The notes below the pieces were generated by a model that saw only the letters and a program-made list of their open reading frames with translations, searched no databases and had not been told where the DNA came from. Position numbers and translations under genes: made by a program. Shown piece by piece: positions 1 to 15,399 of a stretch of DNA of 64,000 nt. The stretch lies in the NCBI RefSeq assembly GCF_009914755.1, contig NC_060947.1. One strand, written 5' to 3'. Source of the stretch: the human T2T-CHM13v2.0 reference genome, Homo sapiens. The stretch's first letter is position 1. Every line of letters begins with the position of its first letter.

Positions 1-375
1 AAAGAAGAAATCTTAAGGGAAATTAGACAAAATTGTGAAATAAATGAAAATGAAAACATGCCAGAACTTAAGGGACACAGTAAGATCAGTGCTCAGAGGG
101 AAATTTGTAGCTGTAAATGTCAACATTAGAAAAGCAGAAAGATCTTGAAACCTGACTCTACACCTAGAGGAACAAGAAAAATAATAGCAAAACAAACCCA
201 AAACTAGAAGAAGGAAGGAAATAATAAAGATTAGAGTGGAGATAAACAAAACAGAGAATAGAAAAACAATAAAGGGAAAAACAAACCAAAAGTTGATTTT
301 TTTGAAAATATCAACAAAATTGACAAAACGTTACCAAATACCTGAAATAATAAGTAAATCAGAAATGAGAATGGA
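1..375 (+). mobile_element. Old, diverged LINE-1 (L1M-type) ORF2 fragment
   Basis: A-rich sequence resembling L1 ORF2 downstream of the endonuclease (CTTAAGGGACACAG..AGAGGGAAATTTGTAGCTGTAAATG..AGAAGAAGGAAGGAAATAATAAAGATTAGAG..AAATCAGAAATGAG); degenerate. Confidence 0.75.
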
Positions 376-1715
376 GCCACATATCTACAACCATCTGATC
401 TTTGACAAACCTAACAAAAACAAGAAATGGGGAAACAATTCCCTATTTAATAAATGGTGCTGGGAAAACTGGCTAGCCATATGTAGAAAACTGAAACTGG
501 ATCCCTTCCTTACACCTTATACAAAAGTTAATTCAAGATGGATTAAAGACTTAAATGTTAGACCTAAAACCATAAAAACCCTAGAAGAAAACTTAGGCAA
601 TACCATTCACGACATAGGCATGGGCAAGGACTTCATGTCTAAAACACCAAAAGCAATGGCAACAAAAGCCAAAATTGACAAATGGGATCTAACTAAACTA
701 AAGAGCTTCTGCACAGCAAAAGAAACTACCATCAGAGTGAACAGGCAACCTACAAAATGGGAGAAAATTTTTGCAATCTACTCATGTGACAACGGGCTAA
801 TATCCAGAATCTACAATGAACTCCAACAAATTTACAAGGAAAAAACAAACAACCCCATCAAAAAGTGGGCAAAGGATATGAACAGACACTTCTCAAAAGA
901 AGACATTTATGCAGCCAAAAGACACATGAAAAAATGCTCATCATCACTGGCCATCAGAGAAATGCAAATCAAAACCACAATGAGATACCGTCTCACACCA
1001 GTTAGAATGGAAATCATTAAAAAGTCAGGAAACAACAGGTGCTGGAGAGGATGTGGAGAAATAGGAACACTTTTACACTGTTGGTGGGACTGTAAACTAG
1101 TTGAACCATTGTGGAAGTCAGTGTGGTGATTCCTCAGGGATCTAGAACTAGAAATACCATTTGACCCAGCCATCCCATTACTGGGTATATACCCAAAGGA
1201 CTATAAATCATGCCGCTATAAAGACACATGCACACGTATGTTTATTGCGGCACTATTCACAATAGCAAAGACTTGGAACCAACCCAAATGTCCAACAATG
1301 ATAGACTGGATTAAGAAAATGTGGCACATATACACCATGGAATACTATGCAGCCATAAAAAATGATGAGTTCATGTCCTTTGTAGGGACATGGATGAAAT
1401 TGGAAATCATCATTCTCAGTAAACTATCATAAGGACAAAAAACCAAACACTGCATGTTCTCACTCATAGGTGGGAATTGAACAATGAGAACACATGGACA
1501 CAGGAAGGGGAACATCACACTCTGGGGACTGTTGTGAGGTGGGGGGAGGGGGGAGGGATAGCATTACGAAATATACCTAATGCTAAATGACGAGTTAATG
1601 GGTGCAGCACACCAGCATGGCACATGTATACATATGTAACTAACCTGCGCATTGTGCACATATACCCTAAAACTTGAAGTATAATAATAATAAAATAAAT
1701 AAATAAATAATAAAA
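376..1715 (+). mobile_element. 5'-truncated young LINE-1 (L1PA3/PA4-like): ORF2 C-terminus, 3'UTR and A-rich tail
   Basis: Translation [40 protein letters not shown] matches L1 ORF2p; 3'UTR GCTAAATGACGAGTTAATGGGTGCAGCACACCAGCATGG; (TAAA)n tail; in-frame stop at 1129. Subfamily is approximate. Confidence 0.95.
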
Positions 1716-2076
1716 TGGTTAAATTTATAATATATTAATTTATCCACAGCTAAATAAAAAACAATTAAAAGATCCATTTGGAAAAGGATACACCCTATTA
1801 AAGTAAGCCTGATACATGAGACAACAGCTAAAAAAGAAAAAAAAAAAGTAACACAATTGACAACCTAAATAAAGAAAATACTTACACTGAAAGAAAACAT
1901 AAACAAGACCAAGATCAGGTTATAAAAAAAGAGTTAGTGTATAATGTACTTAAAAACATTGCCTCTGTCAATGAATAAAAAGAATAACATATTAGCGAAG
2001 TGCATTAAGGAAGGCAACAGACGAATAGGAAAAATAATGTGCAAGATTTAGTAAATAAATATAGGAAAACTAAAAT

Positions 2077-2374
2077 GGCCAGGCACAGTTGCTCACTCCT
2101 GTAATCTCAATGTTTTGGGAGGGCAAGCTGGGCGGATCACTTGAGGTCAGGAGTTTGAGACTAGGCTGTCCAACATGGTGAAACCCTGTCTCTACAAAAA
2201 ATTAGCGGACTTGGTGGTGCATGCCTATAATCCCAGTGAATCTGGAGGCTGAGGCATGAGAATCACTTGAACCAGGAGGCGGGGGTTGTAGTGAGCCGAG
2301 ATTGCGCCACTCCACTCCACCATGGGTGACAAAGTGAGACTCTCCCTGAAAAAAAGAAAAGAAAAGAAAAGAAA
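2077..2374 (+). mobile_element. Alu (AluS/J-like), near full length
   Basis: GGCCAGGCACAGTTGCTCACTCCTGTAATC...GAGGTCAGGAGTTTGAGAC...two arms, (GAAAA)n tail. Confidence 0.95.
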
Positions 2375-2899
2375 ATGACCCTAGACACATTTTAGTATTT
2401 ACATAATGTAAATTATTTAACACAACAGTACTGATTAAACTGTAATAACAACGATAAATAATATTGACTGGCTTTTGATAAGTATAATTCTCAAATATGA
2501 TCAGAATTAGAATATATTGCTAAAGAACTTTAGGAAGGTGTTAATTGAAAATTCTAATTGTGAGAATTCAGTGTCCACAAGAGACATGTTCTATTTCATA
2601 ATACATTAATATATTTCCTTATATTAGATTTTTCTGAAGGTTTGTAGAAGTGCATCTTGTACTCTGCAGAGGAATAGGATGACAAATGAACTCAGGGTTA
2701 ATTGGAATAATTTTAAAATGCACGTTGATTAAATAAGAAGGCAGCATTGATTTCACAGCAACTATATATAACTATTCATTGTGGTTTCATAAACAACAAA
2801 AATTGTAACCACTAAACACACTAATTCTGGGCATCCCTTCCTTCGCTTCGTGCACCATCAATTCAGTGGCCCTTTGCAGTGAGCACTTGACATCCGAAA

Positions 2900-4880
2900 A
2901 ACAAAAGAAAACCTAAAAAACAAAATGAGGAACCAACTAAGGTACACCCTTCTCACTTCAGCAGGGCTCCCCCCACTTGACCACATTGGGGAAACCTGCA
3001 AAAGTAGGAGGATTCTCTGCTTCCATCATTCCTTCTAGATTATTCTCTCGGAAAGGGAAAAAGAAGAGAAGAGAAGGGAAAGAGAAGGGAACGGGAGGGG
3101 AGGGGAGGAGAAAGGGAGCGGGGAAGGGAAGGTTTGTCTTCAAAAAATCCAACCATTGGGGCTGTAGCATGGTGGGGGGAGCTTGTAGGAAGGAAGGAAG
3201 GAATGCTTGTCTTCAAAAAATACAACCACTGGGGCTGTAGTATGGTGAGGGGAGCTTGTATTTCCGGGAAACAGGGGAGGTGTGTGTGGGTATTGGAGGA
3301 GGGTGGCTACAGAATCCTCTATGAACCTGCTCAGGTCTCATAAACAGGAAAACAAGCCACTTGCTTGTGTGCACCACACTTGTCCCTAGGCAGCACACTC
3401 CCTCCTGGGAAAGAGATCAAAGTTTGGATTAAAAGCAGCCAGGTCCGCTAGGCATGGTGGCCCACACCTGTAATCTCAGCACTTTGGGAGGCCAAGGTGG
3501 GCAGATTGCTTGAGGCCAGGAATTTGAGACCAGCCTGGCAAATATGGTGAAACCCTATCTCTACTAAAATTACAAAAATTAGCATGTAATCTCAGCTACT
3601 TTGGGAGGCTAAGGCAAGAGAATTGCTTGAACTCAGGAGACAGAGGTTTCAGGGAGCCGAGATTGTGCCACTGCACTCCAGCCTGTGTGACAGAGTGAGA
3701 CTCTGTCTCGAAAAAAAAAAAAAAAAAGAAAGAAAAAAAGAAAGGCAGCCAGGTCCAACAGGCATCTGCACATTGTTGACCCATCCAGCAGAACAGGGTC
3801 GAGAAAGGCATCTGTCGGGATGGGGCAGGACAGGACGAGACAGACTATTGTCTGAGGCATTTGGCTACCTCTCTGACTGGAACCCAGGCACTCATATGTG
3901 CCCAGGAATGGGTGGGATATTCCGGATGGGTTCCACAGGTGGCTCTCCTAGAGAGACCCACTTGGCATATTTGATGATGGAGCATGCAGGCTCCCTGGAA
4001 CGTGATGGCTCACTAGTTAGTACCCCCGGCATCTTGGTCATTCTGCTGAAGTGCATGGGTAGCCAGGCCCCCGGCAGTGCTCAGTTTCTCCTGGGCCCCT
4101 CTGTGTTCCTGTGGTGGGTGTGGAAGTGGAGGTTGAGGCTAGAGTGTCTTTGAGGGTGGTGGGGCAGCTGTGCCTTGATTTGATACAGAGCTCTCTGGGC
4201 TCCTCAAGCTAAACTCTGGTGCTTGCCAGATACTCAGCTCAGATAATGAATGAGACGGTGGAGGACAAATTATTTTGCCCCTTTAGGGTCTCCAGGCAGA
4301 CATGCAAAAGCCTGGTGCAGGGCCTTCATACAGAGCCCATGTTGGGTGCAAAGCCATGACCCCGTTGCTCTAAAGGTTGCATGTCCTACCCATACCGCTT
4401 GGTACCTGGAGAGCAGCATGGAACACAATGCTCTCAGAATATTGAAAAGGTTTTCTGTGTCTCCACTGAGGGATACTCCTGCCTCAGGCCCTGTGGCTGC
4501 CTATTGAGCCATCAGCCCATTCTGGTGACCTGCATGTGCCAGGACAATGTGGTAATCTCAACCAGGAGCTCCAGGTTTACATAGGCCCCCAGTCCTTGGG
4601 TAAATCCTTGTGTAAGCCAGCTGGGTGGCTCCCACTTTCTCCTGGAATGGCAGCCCTATGATCCCAGTCCACCTGTGGTGTCCCAGTGGCCATGATTATG
4701 TGTCCTTTGTCATTACTTTCTGCACTAGAAGCAGCCACAAAACCTGGAGAGGGCCAAAGGAAGGGCAAAGGCTGGATGCCGAAACAGGATTCCCACAGGG
4801 TCTCCAGCCTACCAGGCCTTGGTCATTGGGACCCCTGAGTTTGGTGGTCAACCTGGGACCTAGTGGCTGTTTTCTTTTTC
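2900..4880 (+). repeat. Diverged partial monomer D1 (Alu insertion, ~2.9-kb internal deletion at ~4460)
   Basis: Colinear with core positions ~13990-15130, then jumps to the ~18050-equivalent position. Confidence 0.85.
3447..3740 (+). mobile_element. Alu inserted in monomer D1, with target-site duplication
   Basis: Flanked by AAAAGCAGCCAGGTCC (3431-3446) and AAAGGCAGCCAGGTCC (3741-3756); ~20-bp deletion at the start of the right arm. Confidence 0.95.
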
Positions 4881-9210
<4,330 letters not shown>

Positions 9211-11628
9211 TGTCTTTTTTTTTGTTTCTCTTTCCTCTTTACCTTTTTTCACATGGGAAAAGGCGGAGGCCCTGGAGTTGAAGTGGCAGGGTTACAGTTG
9301 TAGTTGGCGTTTGTGGAGCCATACTGCCATCAAGCGGAAACTGTATCTAGAAACCGGAGGCAGCTGGGCACAAGTGCTGGGGAAACCCCACGAGCGCAAA
9401 AGAGATGGCGGCATGGAGCCCCCAGGCTGAAGCAGGACAAGAGAGGAACTCCAAGCTGGCCCTTGGCCTGTGCTCATTCCCAGGATGCCTCCCTGGTTCC
9501 ACAGCTCTCTCCGAAAAAAAGGGCAGGTAGGGGCGACCCACCATGGGTTCCCCTGGTCATCTCCAGGTACTGCTGGTCCTGGGTTGCCACGTCTCCAGTA
9601 TCCCGAAGCTCCTTTGTTCCCCGGGAGGATCGGGGCCCCCTTGCCAACACGTGGCTCCAGCCAAGGGAACCCCGGAACTCCCCACAAAAGACACCAGAGT
9701 AAACGGCCCCCGTCTCGGCCAGTGGCTTCGTTTATGTCCATCTCAACATGGCTGCCGGGCCAGCTCCGCCCTCTGGGCTGACTGGTCTTGGGGCTGCCTG
9801 GCTGTTCTGTCCTGGGGCCTCTAGAGTAGTTGCTTCTCCAAAGCGTCCCAATGCCAGGTACACTTCCTTCAAGGGCTCAGAACCCCGGTGGGGGAAACCC
9901 AGGCTTAGACATAGTCTAAGCACATCCTCGCTGATCTCTGTTCCTGGCAGAAGGCAGGTGTCCGTGCATCCTGTTGTGTTCAGAAACAACTTCCACTAGA
10001 TGGCAATGTGGCTCCACAAACAGCAGTCTTGTCTTTCCCTTCCCCCATTTTCTTTCCCTCTTTCTGTTTTTGGTGCCAAAAACCAAAACAAACACCAAAA
10101 AAAAAAAAAAAAAAAAGAAACTGGCCTAGGAGCACCCATCTCACCTACAGCAGGGCTTCCCATCTATGTGGTCACTTTGGGGGAACCGGCAACAGTAGGA
10201 TGGGGTAGGGGTGGGGGCCACAGGGAGCAGGGCAGCTTCCTGGCCCAACAGGCCTCTGTGCCCACGCGGTGCAGACCCGGGCTTGAGGGGCTGATGCTTT
10301 CTCCTGGCTGGTGGCTCTTCCTCTGTGAGGCCACAAGAGGCCACTCATAGTGCTGCCAGCTGTCCATCTGAGGCACTTTGCATTGCAGTTCGCTGTCAAT
10401 CTCATTGCTCACTGATTCTTTGTGTACTTTTGGAGTTTTTCTCCCTTCACTTTTTTCTTCTTCATTCTCTTTACTTTTTCTCCACTTCTGCTCCAGGAGC
10501 AGACTGGAAGGCAGGGTCAGCTGGGCGCGGGGACACCGTTAGGGAAAACAGGCTTACTTTTCCTAAGGAAATTAGTAGGACTCTAGCTGACCCCTGCGAG
10601 GAGAAATTGGCGTTTCCCTCTCCTTTCTGCCCTGTCTCCATATTGCAGTGGGTGGCTGATTATCTCTTTTCCCTGGTGTCCAATTCCTCCCCGTTTTTCA
10701 TCTTATTCTTTTTTGGGCGGTCCTTCCCTGCCTTGGCCTTGTAGCCTTGGGGCTTGGTAGCCCCTTGCAGTCAGCTGATGACATCTTCAGGGCAAGGTTC
10801 AGCCAGCACCTGTGTTCTCTGTAGCTTCTGCAGGCCTACTTGTGGATCAAAGCTTTTGATCTTACTCAGGAAATACCCCATCAACAAGACGCTTCCTGGT
10901 TGTGTGTCCTTTAAGCCGGATGTCAGAAGTGGCTCCGTGCCCCTCGTTGTATGTCACCACGCGTTGAGGCCCTCCTAAACTAGATCCTTCGGGACAGCTA
11001 CAGTGGCATGGACCTCTCACTTCCTGTTCTCCTTCTGATTCTTCTTCCTCTTCCTCCTCCTACCCCTCTTCTTTAATTCTTCTCCTTCTCCTCCTTCTCC
11101 TCTTGCTCCTCCTCCTCCAACTCCTTCTTATCTTCCTACTCCTCCTTTTTCTTTTTCTTCTTTTTCCTCCTTCTACTCCTCCTCCCCCTCCCCCTGCACT
11201 TCCTTCTCCTTTGCCTCTTTTTCTTTTTTTGCTTTTGCTTCTGCTTCTGATTCTGCTTCTGTTTTTCCTTTCACTTGCGGATCTGGGTGGGCACGTGTTC
11301 TAGCAGACTGCTTCTTCTTTTGCTCCTTGGTGATGTGGGATGTCCCTCTGCAGAATTAGGCCTGGAGAAAGCTTCACATTCGTTCTTTAAGGAGCACAGA
11401 TGAAGGTCATGAGTTTAGTCCCTCTGGTCCACCAAAAGGCTACCCACGTGTTACTTTTAAGTGAAATGTCATGGTGAACGCACCCTTTACCCAATACCTC
11501 ATGGCTCATTGTTATTTCCCATTCTCCTTCTGGATGCTGTAAGTGTAATCCTGAGCCAGTAGGAGCCTTGGCAAGTTGTTTCCTAACTCCTTTTTTTCCA
11601 GTCAAGCCATGTGAACACATCAATCTGA

Positions 11629-11728
11629 ATTTCAGTGTGTGCAGGCAGGGTGTCTCTGCCACGTGTTCATTTGCCCACATTTCAGTGTGTGCAGGCAGGG
11701 TGTCTCTGCCACGTGTTCATTTGCCCAC
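11629..11728 (+). repeat. Perfect 50-bp tandem duplication
   Basis: ATTTCAGTGTGTGCAGGCAGGGTGTCTCTGCCACGTGTTCATTTGCCCAC x2; single copy in other monomers. Confidence 0.95.
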
Positions 11729-12703
11729 TCTCACTCACACAGGGAGGCACACACAGACACACATGCAGGCACTTACAAGAGACCCCCAGAAGAAGAAATA
11801 AAATCACAAACACACACACAGAGATACATGCACACCCAGACAAAAACACGCTTACACATACCCACACAAACACACACATACACACACATAAAGTAAGCTC
11901 ACAAAATCAAAGGGGTAGGGGCCCAAGCATTATGGGACACAAACACACATCGCCACAGGCATGCGACTGCCCACATTCTCTTCGACAGGGGTTCGAAATA
12001 TGCAAAGGGGAAAGGGAGACAGAGGAGCATTCCTGCCTCCAGGCCTGAGTCATTATGCCATTTATTGGGCAACTAGGGCCTTCTCCTGAGAATGAATTCG
12101 GGAAGTCTGTTATCAGATAGGCTCAAGCAGCAGGCATGAAACTGGAGCATCCTGGGTCAAGCTGCTTAAAAAGGGCCCCCAAGCCTTGTCCCTGTGTGAT
12201 GCCATGAGAAGCTGTGGTACTTGGTGGCCTTCCCCAGCCTCTCTGAGCCACCCTCCTCCCAACCCTACCTCTGTGAAAGCCGAGACAGCCTGAGCAGAGT
12301 CAGTCTTGAGTGAGTTGCTGAATGTCCCCGCTGAGGGAGACTCCTGCCTCAGGCCCTGTGGCTGCCTGTTGAGCTGTCTATCCGTTCTTCGGACCTCCAT
12401 GTGCCATCCCAAGGTGGTAAACTCTAACTGCAACTCCAGGCTTTGGGAGGACCCCCAATTCTCCAGCAAAACCTTGTGTAAGCCAGCTGGGTGGCCACTG
12501 CCTTGTACTTGGGCGGCAGCCCTGTGATCCCAGTCCTTCTGCCGTTTTCCAGTAGCCATGATTATACGTCCTTTCTCTTTTACTTTCTACACCAGCGAAA
12601 GCGATGAAACCTGGAGAGGTCCAAAGGAAAGTCAAAGGCTTGCTGCCTCCACAGCGTTCCGACAAGGTCTCCAGCCTACTGATCCTTGATCCTAGGGTCC
12701 CCT

Positions 12704-13060
12704 TAAGAGGTGAAAGTCTGATGGCAGCCCTGGCAGCCCTCGCTCGCTCTCGGCGCCCCCTCGGCATTGGCGTCCACTCTGGCCGCCCTTGAGGAGCCCC
12801 TCAGCCCGCCGCTACACTGTGGGAGCCCCTGTCTCCACTGGCCAAGGTCGGAGCCGGCTCCCTCAGCTTGCGGGGAGGTGTGGAGGGAGAGCCGCGGGCG
12901 GTAACACGAGCTACTCGCCGCGCTTGCGGGCCACCGGGAGTTGCCGGTCGGCATGAGCTCGGCGGGCCCCGCACTCCGAGCAGCCAGTTGGACCTGCCTG
13001 CCCAGGGCAGTGAGGGGCTTAGCAACTGGGCCAGCAGCTACTGTGCTCCACTTCTCGCCT
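12704..13060 (+). mobile_element. LTR12 (ERV9 LTR; LTR12C/D/E-like) 5' U3 fragment
   Basis: AGAGGTGA..GGCAGCCCTCGCTCGCTCTCGGCGCC..TTGAGGAGCCC..GGAGCCGGCTCCCTCAGCTTGCGGGGAGGTGTGGAGGGAGAG..GAGGGGCTTAGCA matches the start of the LTR12 consensus; truncated after ~355 bp. Confidence 0.9.
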
Positions 13061-13192
13061 ATCTCTTCTCCTTAACTTTCTTTTATAATTATGTTTTCTC
13101 CTTCCTCTTTGCTTTTTTCACACGAGAAAGGGCGGAGGCCCTCGGATTGGAGGGGCAGGGTTGTGGTTGTACTTGGCATTTGTGGTGCCATA

Positions 13193-13206
13193 CTGCCATC
13201 AAGCGG
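13193..13206 (-). promoter_or_regulatory. CTCF-like core, reverse orientation (CCGCTTGATGGCAG)
   Basis: Fits CCASYAGRKGGCRS with 2 deviations; counterparts at 4994, 9324, 18601, 24003, 29406, 39134, 44393, 49786, 53842. Confidence 0.65.
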
Positions 13207-13619
13207 AAACCGTTTCTGGAAACCGGAGGCTGTAGGGCACAAGTACTGGGGAAAGGCCAGGAGCCCAAAAGGGAGGGTGGTGTGGGACCCCAGACTGAAG
13301 CGAGACGAGAGAGGAACTCCTCGCTGGCCCTTGGCCTGGGCTCATTCCCAGGATGGCGCCCTGGCTCCGCAGCTGTATGTAAGAACGGGCAGGCGGGGCG
13401 GCCCGCCATGGCTTCCCCTGGCAGTCTCCAGGAACTGCCAGGCATGGGTCGCCCCACACTCAGCACTCCGAAACTTTTTTATTTCCCGGCAAGATAGAGG
13501 CTTTCTGGCCCCACTGTGGCCCCAGCCAAGGGCATCGCGGAGCTGCCCACAAAAGCGACCAGAGTAAACGGCCCCGTTCTCTGGCTGTCAGTGGCCAGTG
13601 GCTTCCCTTATGCGTATCT

Positions 13620-13631
13620 CAAAATGGCTGC
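13620..13631 (+). promoter_or_regulatory. YY1-like motif CAAAATGGCTGC
   Basis: Matches YY1 consensus CAANATGGCNGC; counterparts at 9744, 19028, 24430, 29833, 34273, 39573, 44844, 54274 (CAAGATGGCTGC). Confidence 0.6.
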
Positions 13632-13885
13632 CGGGGCAGCTGCACCCTGTGGGCTGACTGGTCTTCGGGATGCCTGGCTGATCTGTCTCGGGGCCTCTAG
13701 AGTAGCTGCTTCTCCAAGGGGTCCCAATGGCAGGTCCGCTTTGTTCTAGGGCTCTACGCCCGGGTCGGGGAAACCCTGGCTTAGGCAGAGTCCACCCCGC
13801 CCCGCCCATCCTCACTCTTCTCGGTGCCTGGCAGAAGGCAAGTGTCCCTGTCCCTGCAGCCTGTTGTCATGTCCAGAATCACCTT

Positions 13886-13899
13886 CCGCTGGATGGCAC
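13886..13899 (+). promoter_or_regulatory. CTCF-like core, forward orientation (CCGCTGGATGGCAC)
   Basis: Fits the CTCF core; counterparts at 5677, 9993 (CCACTAGATGGCAA, near consensus), 19294, 24696, 30099, 34533, 39832, 45104, 50457, 54531. Confidence 0.7.
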
Positions 13900-15372
13900 T
13901 GTGGCTCCGCCAATGGCGGTCACGTCTTTTCCTTCCCCCACCTTGCCTTTATCTTTCTCCATCTGCTGCCGACAGAATAAAACAAACGCCAAAAACAAAA
14001 AAAGCCAAGAAACAACGAAAGATACCGGCCAAGGAGCACCCACCTCACCTACAGCAGGGCTCTCCACCTAGGTGGTCACTTTGGGGAAGCCTGCAACGGT
14101 AGGAGGGTTCTCTGCCTCCCTCCTTCCCTCTGGATTCTTCTCCGGGCAGGGTTCCCAGTGAACCAGAGAACGTCAAGAAATTCCACCCTTAGGGCTGTGG
14201 CTCGGTGGGGGTAGGTCGCACTGGGGGCAGTGTGAGGGGGTACAGGGGGAGGGATATGTGGGTGTGTGGGTCTGCATGCGGGCCGCTGCAGATTCCTCTA
14301 GGAATCTGCGCAGGCCGCCTGAGCAAGAGACCAGGCTGCATGCCTGTGCGCACCACACTTGTCCCTAGGTAGCACTCTTCCTCTTGGGGAAGGGATCAAA
14401 GTTGGATGGAAAGCAGCCAGGTCCAGCAGGCATCCGCACCTTGTTGAGCCATGGAGCTGCAGGGAGTCGGGCCGGATGTTTCTTGGGATGATGGGACTGG
14501 ACGGGACGGACTCCTGTCTGAGGCCTTCAGCTCCCTCCCTCTCTGGAGCCCAGGCACTCGTCTGTGCACAGTGGTGGGAGGAGCATGCCGGGTGGGTTTC
14601 ACAGGTGGCTCTCCTGGAGAGAGAGCCTCTTGGCATGTCTGACGGAGCACGCGTGCTCAGTGGAACGTGGTGGTTCACCACTTAGTTGCCAGGCATCTTG
14701 GTCCTTGTACCCAAGTGCATGGGTAGCCAGGGCCCAGCCTGCCCCACTTCGCCTGGACCCCGTCTGATTTCCTGTGCTGCGTGTGGAGGTGGAGGTTGAG
14801 CCTTGAGTATTTTGGGGGAGAAGGGGCTCGGGCGGGGGGCTGTGTTTTGGTTTGGTAGAGGGCTCACTGGGCTCTCGAGCTAAACCCTGGTGCTTGCCGG
14901 ATATTCAGCCCAGAAAATGCATGAGACCGTCAAGGACAAATTATGCCGCCCATAATTAGGGTCTCCAGGCAGACATAAGAAAGCCTGATGCGGGACATCA
15001 TACAGTGCCCATGTTGGGATGCGAAGCCGCGACCGCCTTGCTCTAAAGGTTGCATAGGCTACTCATGCCGCTGGGTGCCTGGACAGCAGCATGGAACACA
15101 ACGCTCCCCGAATATTGCAAATGTTTTCTGTCTTGGCTTGTTACAAATCTTCCTGGATGTGTAGGCCACCCTGGGGACGAGCAGCCCTTCTTAGGGCAGA
15201 AAATTCACCCCACGGGTGATGATTCCCACGCTGGGGGTGTGTGAACCACTCTCACAAGGAGGAATGTCAATCTCGTGAGCGGGCCTGCACTCTCACGGCA
15301 TTCCGGGCAGAAGAACCACATGACCATGGAACAGGAGTCACCCCCTTTCTGTCACTTGTCAACAAATGCGGA

Positions 15373-15399
15373 TTTTTTTTTTTTTTTTTTTTTTTTTTT
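15373..15399 (+). repeat. T27 homopolymer (also 20781-20807, 26183-26210 [T28], 31586-31612)
   Basis: Seen directly; only short T runs at this site in diverged copies. Confidence 0.95.

Larger units (their letters stand above)
9211..13080 (+). repeat. Diverged monomer D3 (~1.7-kb deletion at ~10197, 50-bp tandem duplication, LTR12 fragment)
   Basis: Colinear with core monomer except for the listed events. Confidence 0.9.

Noticed and set aside
236-1129. 297-aa ORF
   Set aside because: Fusion of two L1 ORF2 remnants, non-ATG start, premature stop
14064-14075. Palindrome CCACCTAGGTGG as a third CTCF site
   Set aside because: Spacing does not fit the core, and flanking copies read CCACCTACGTGG or similar
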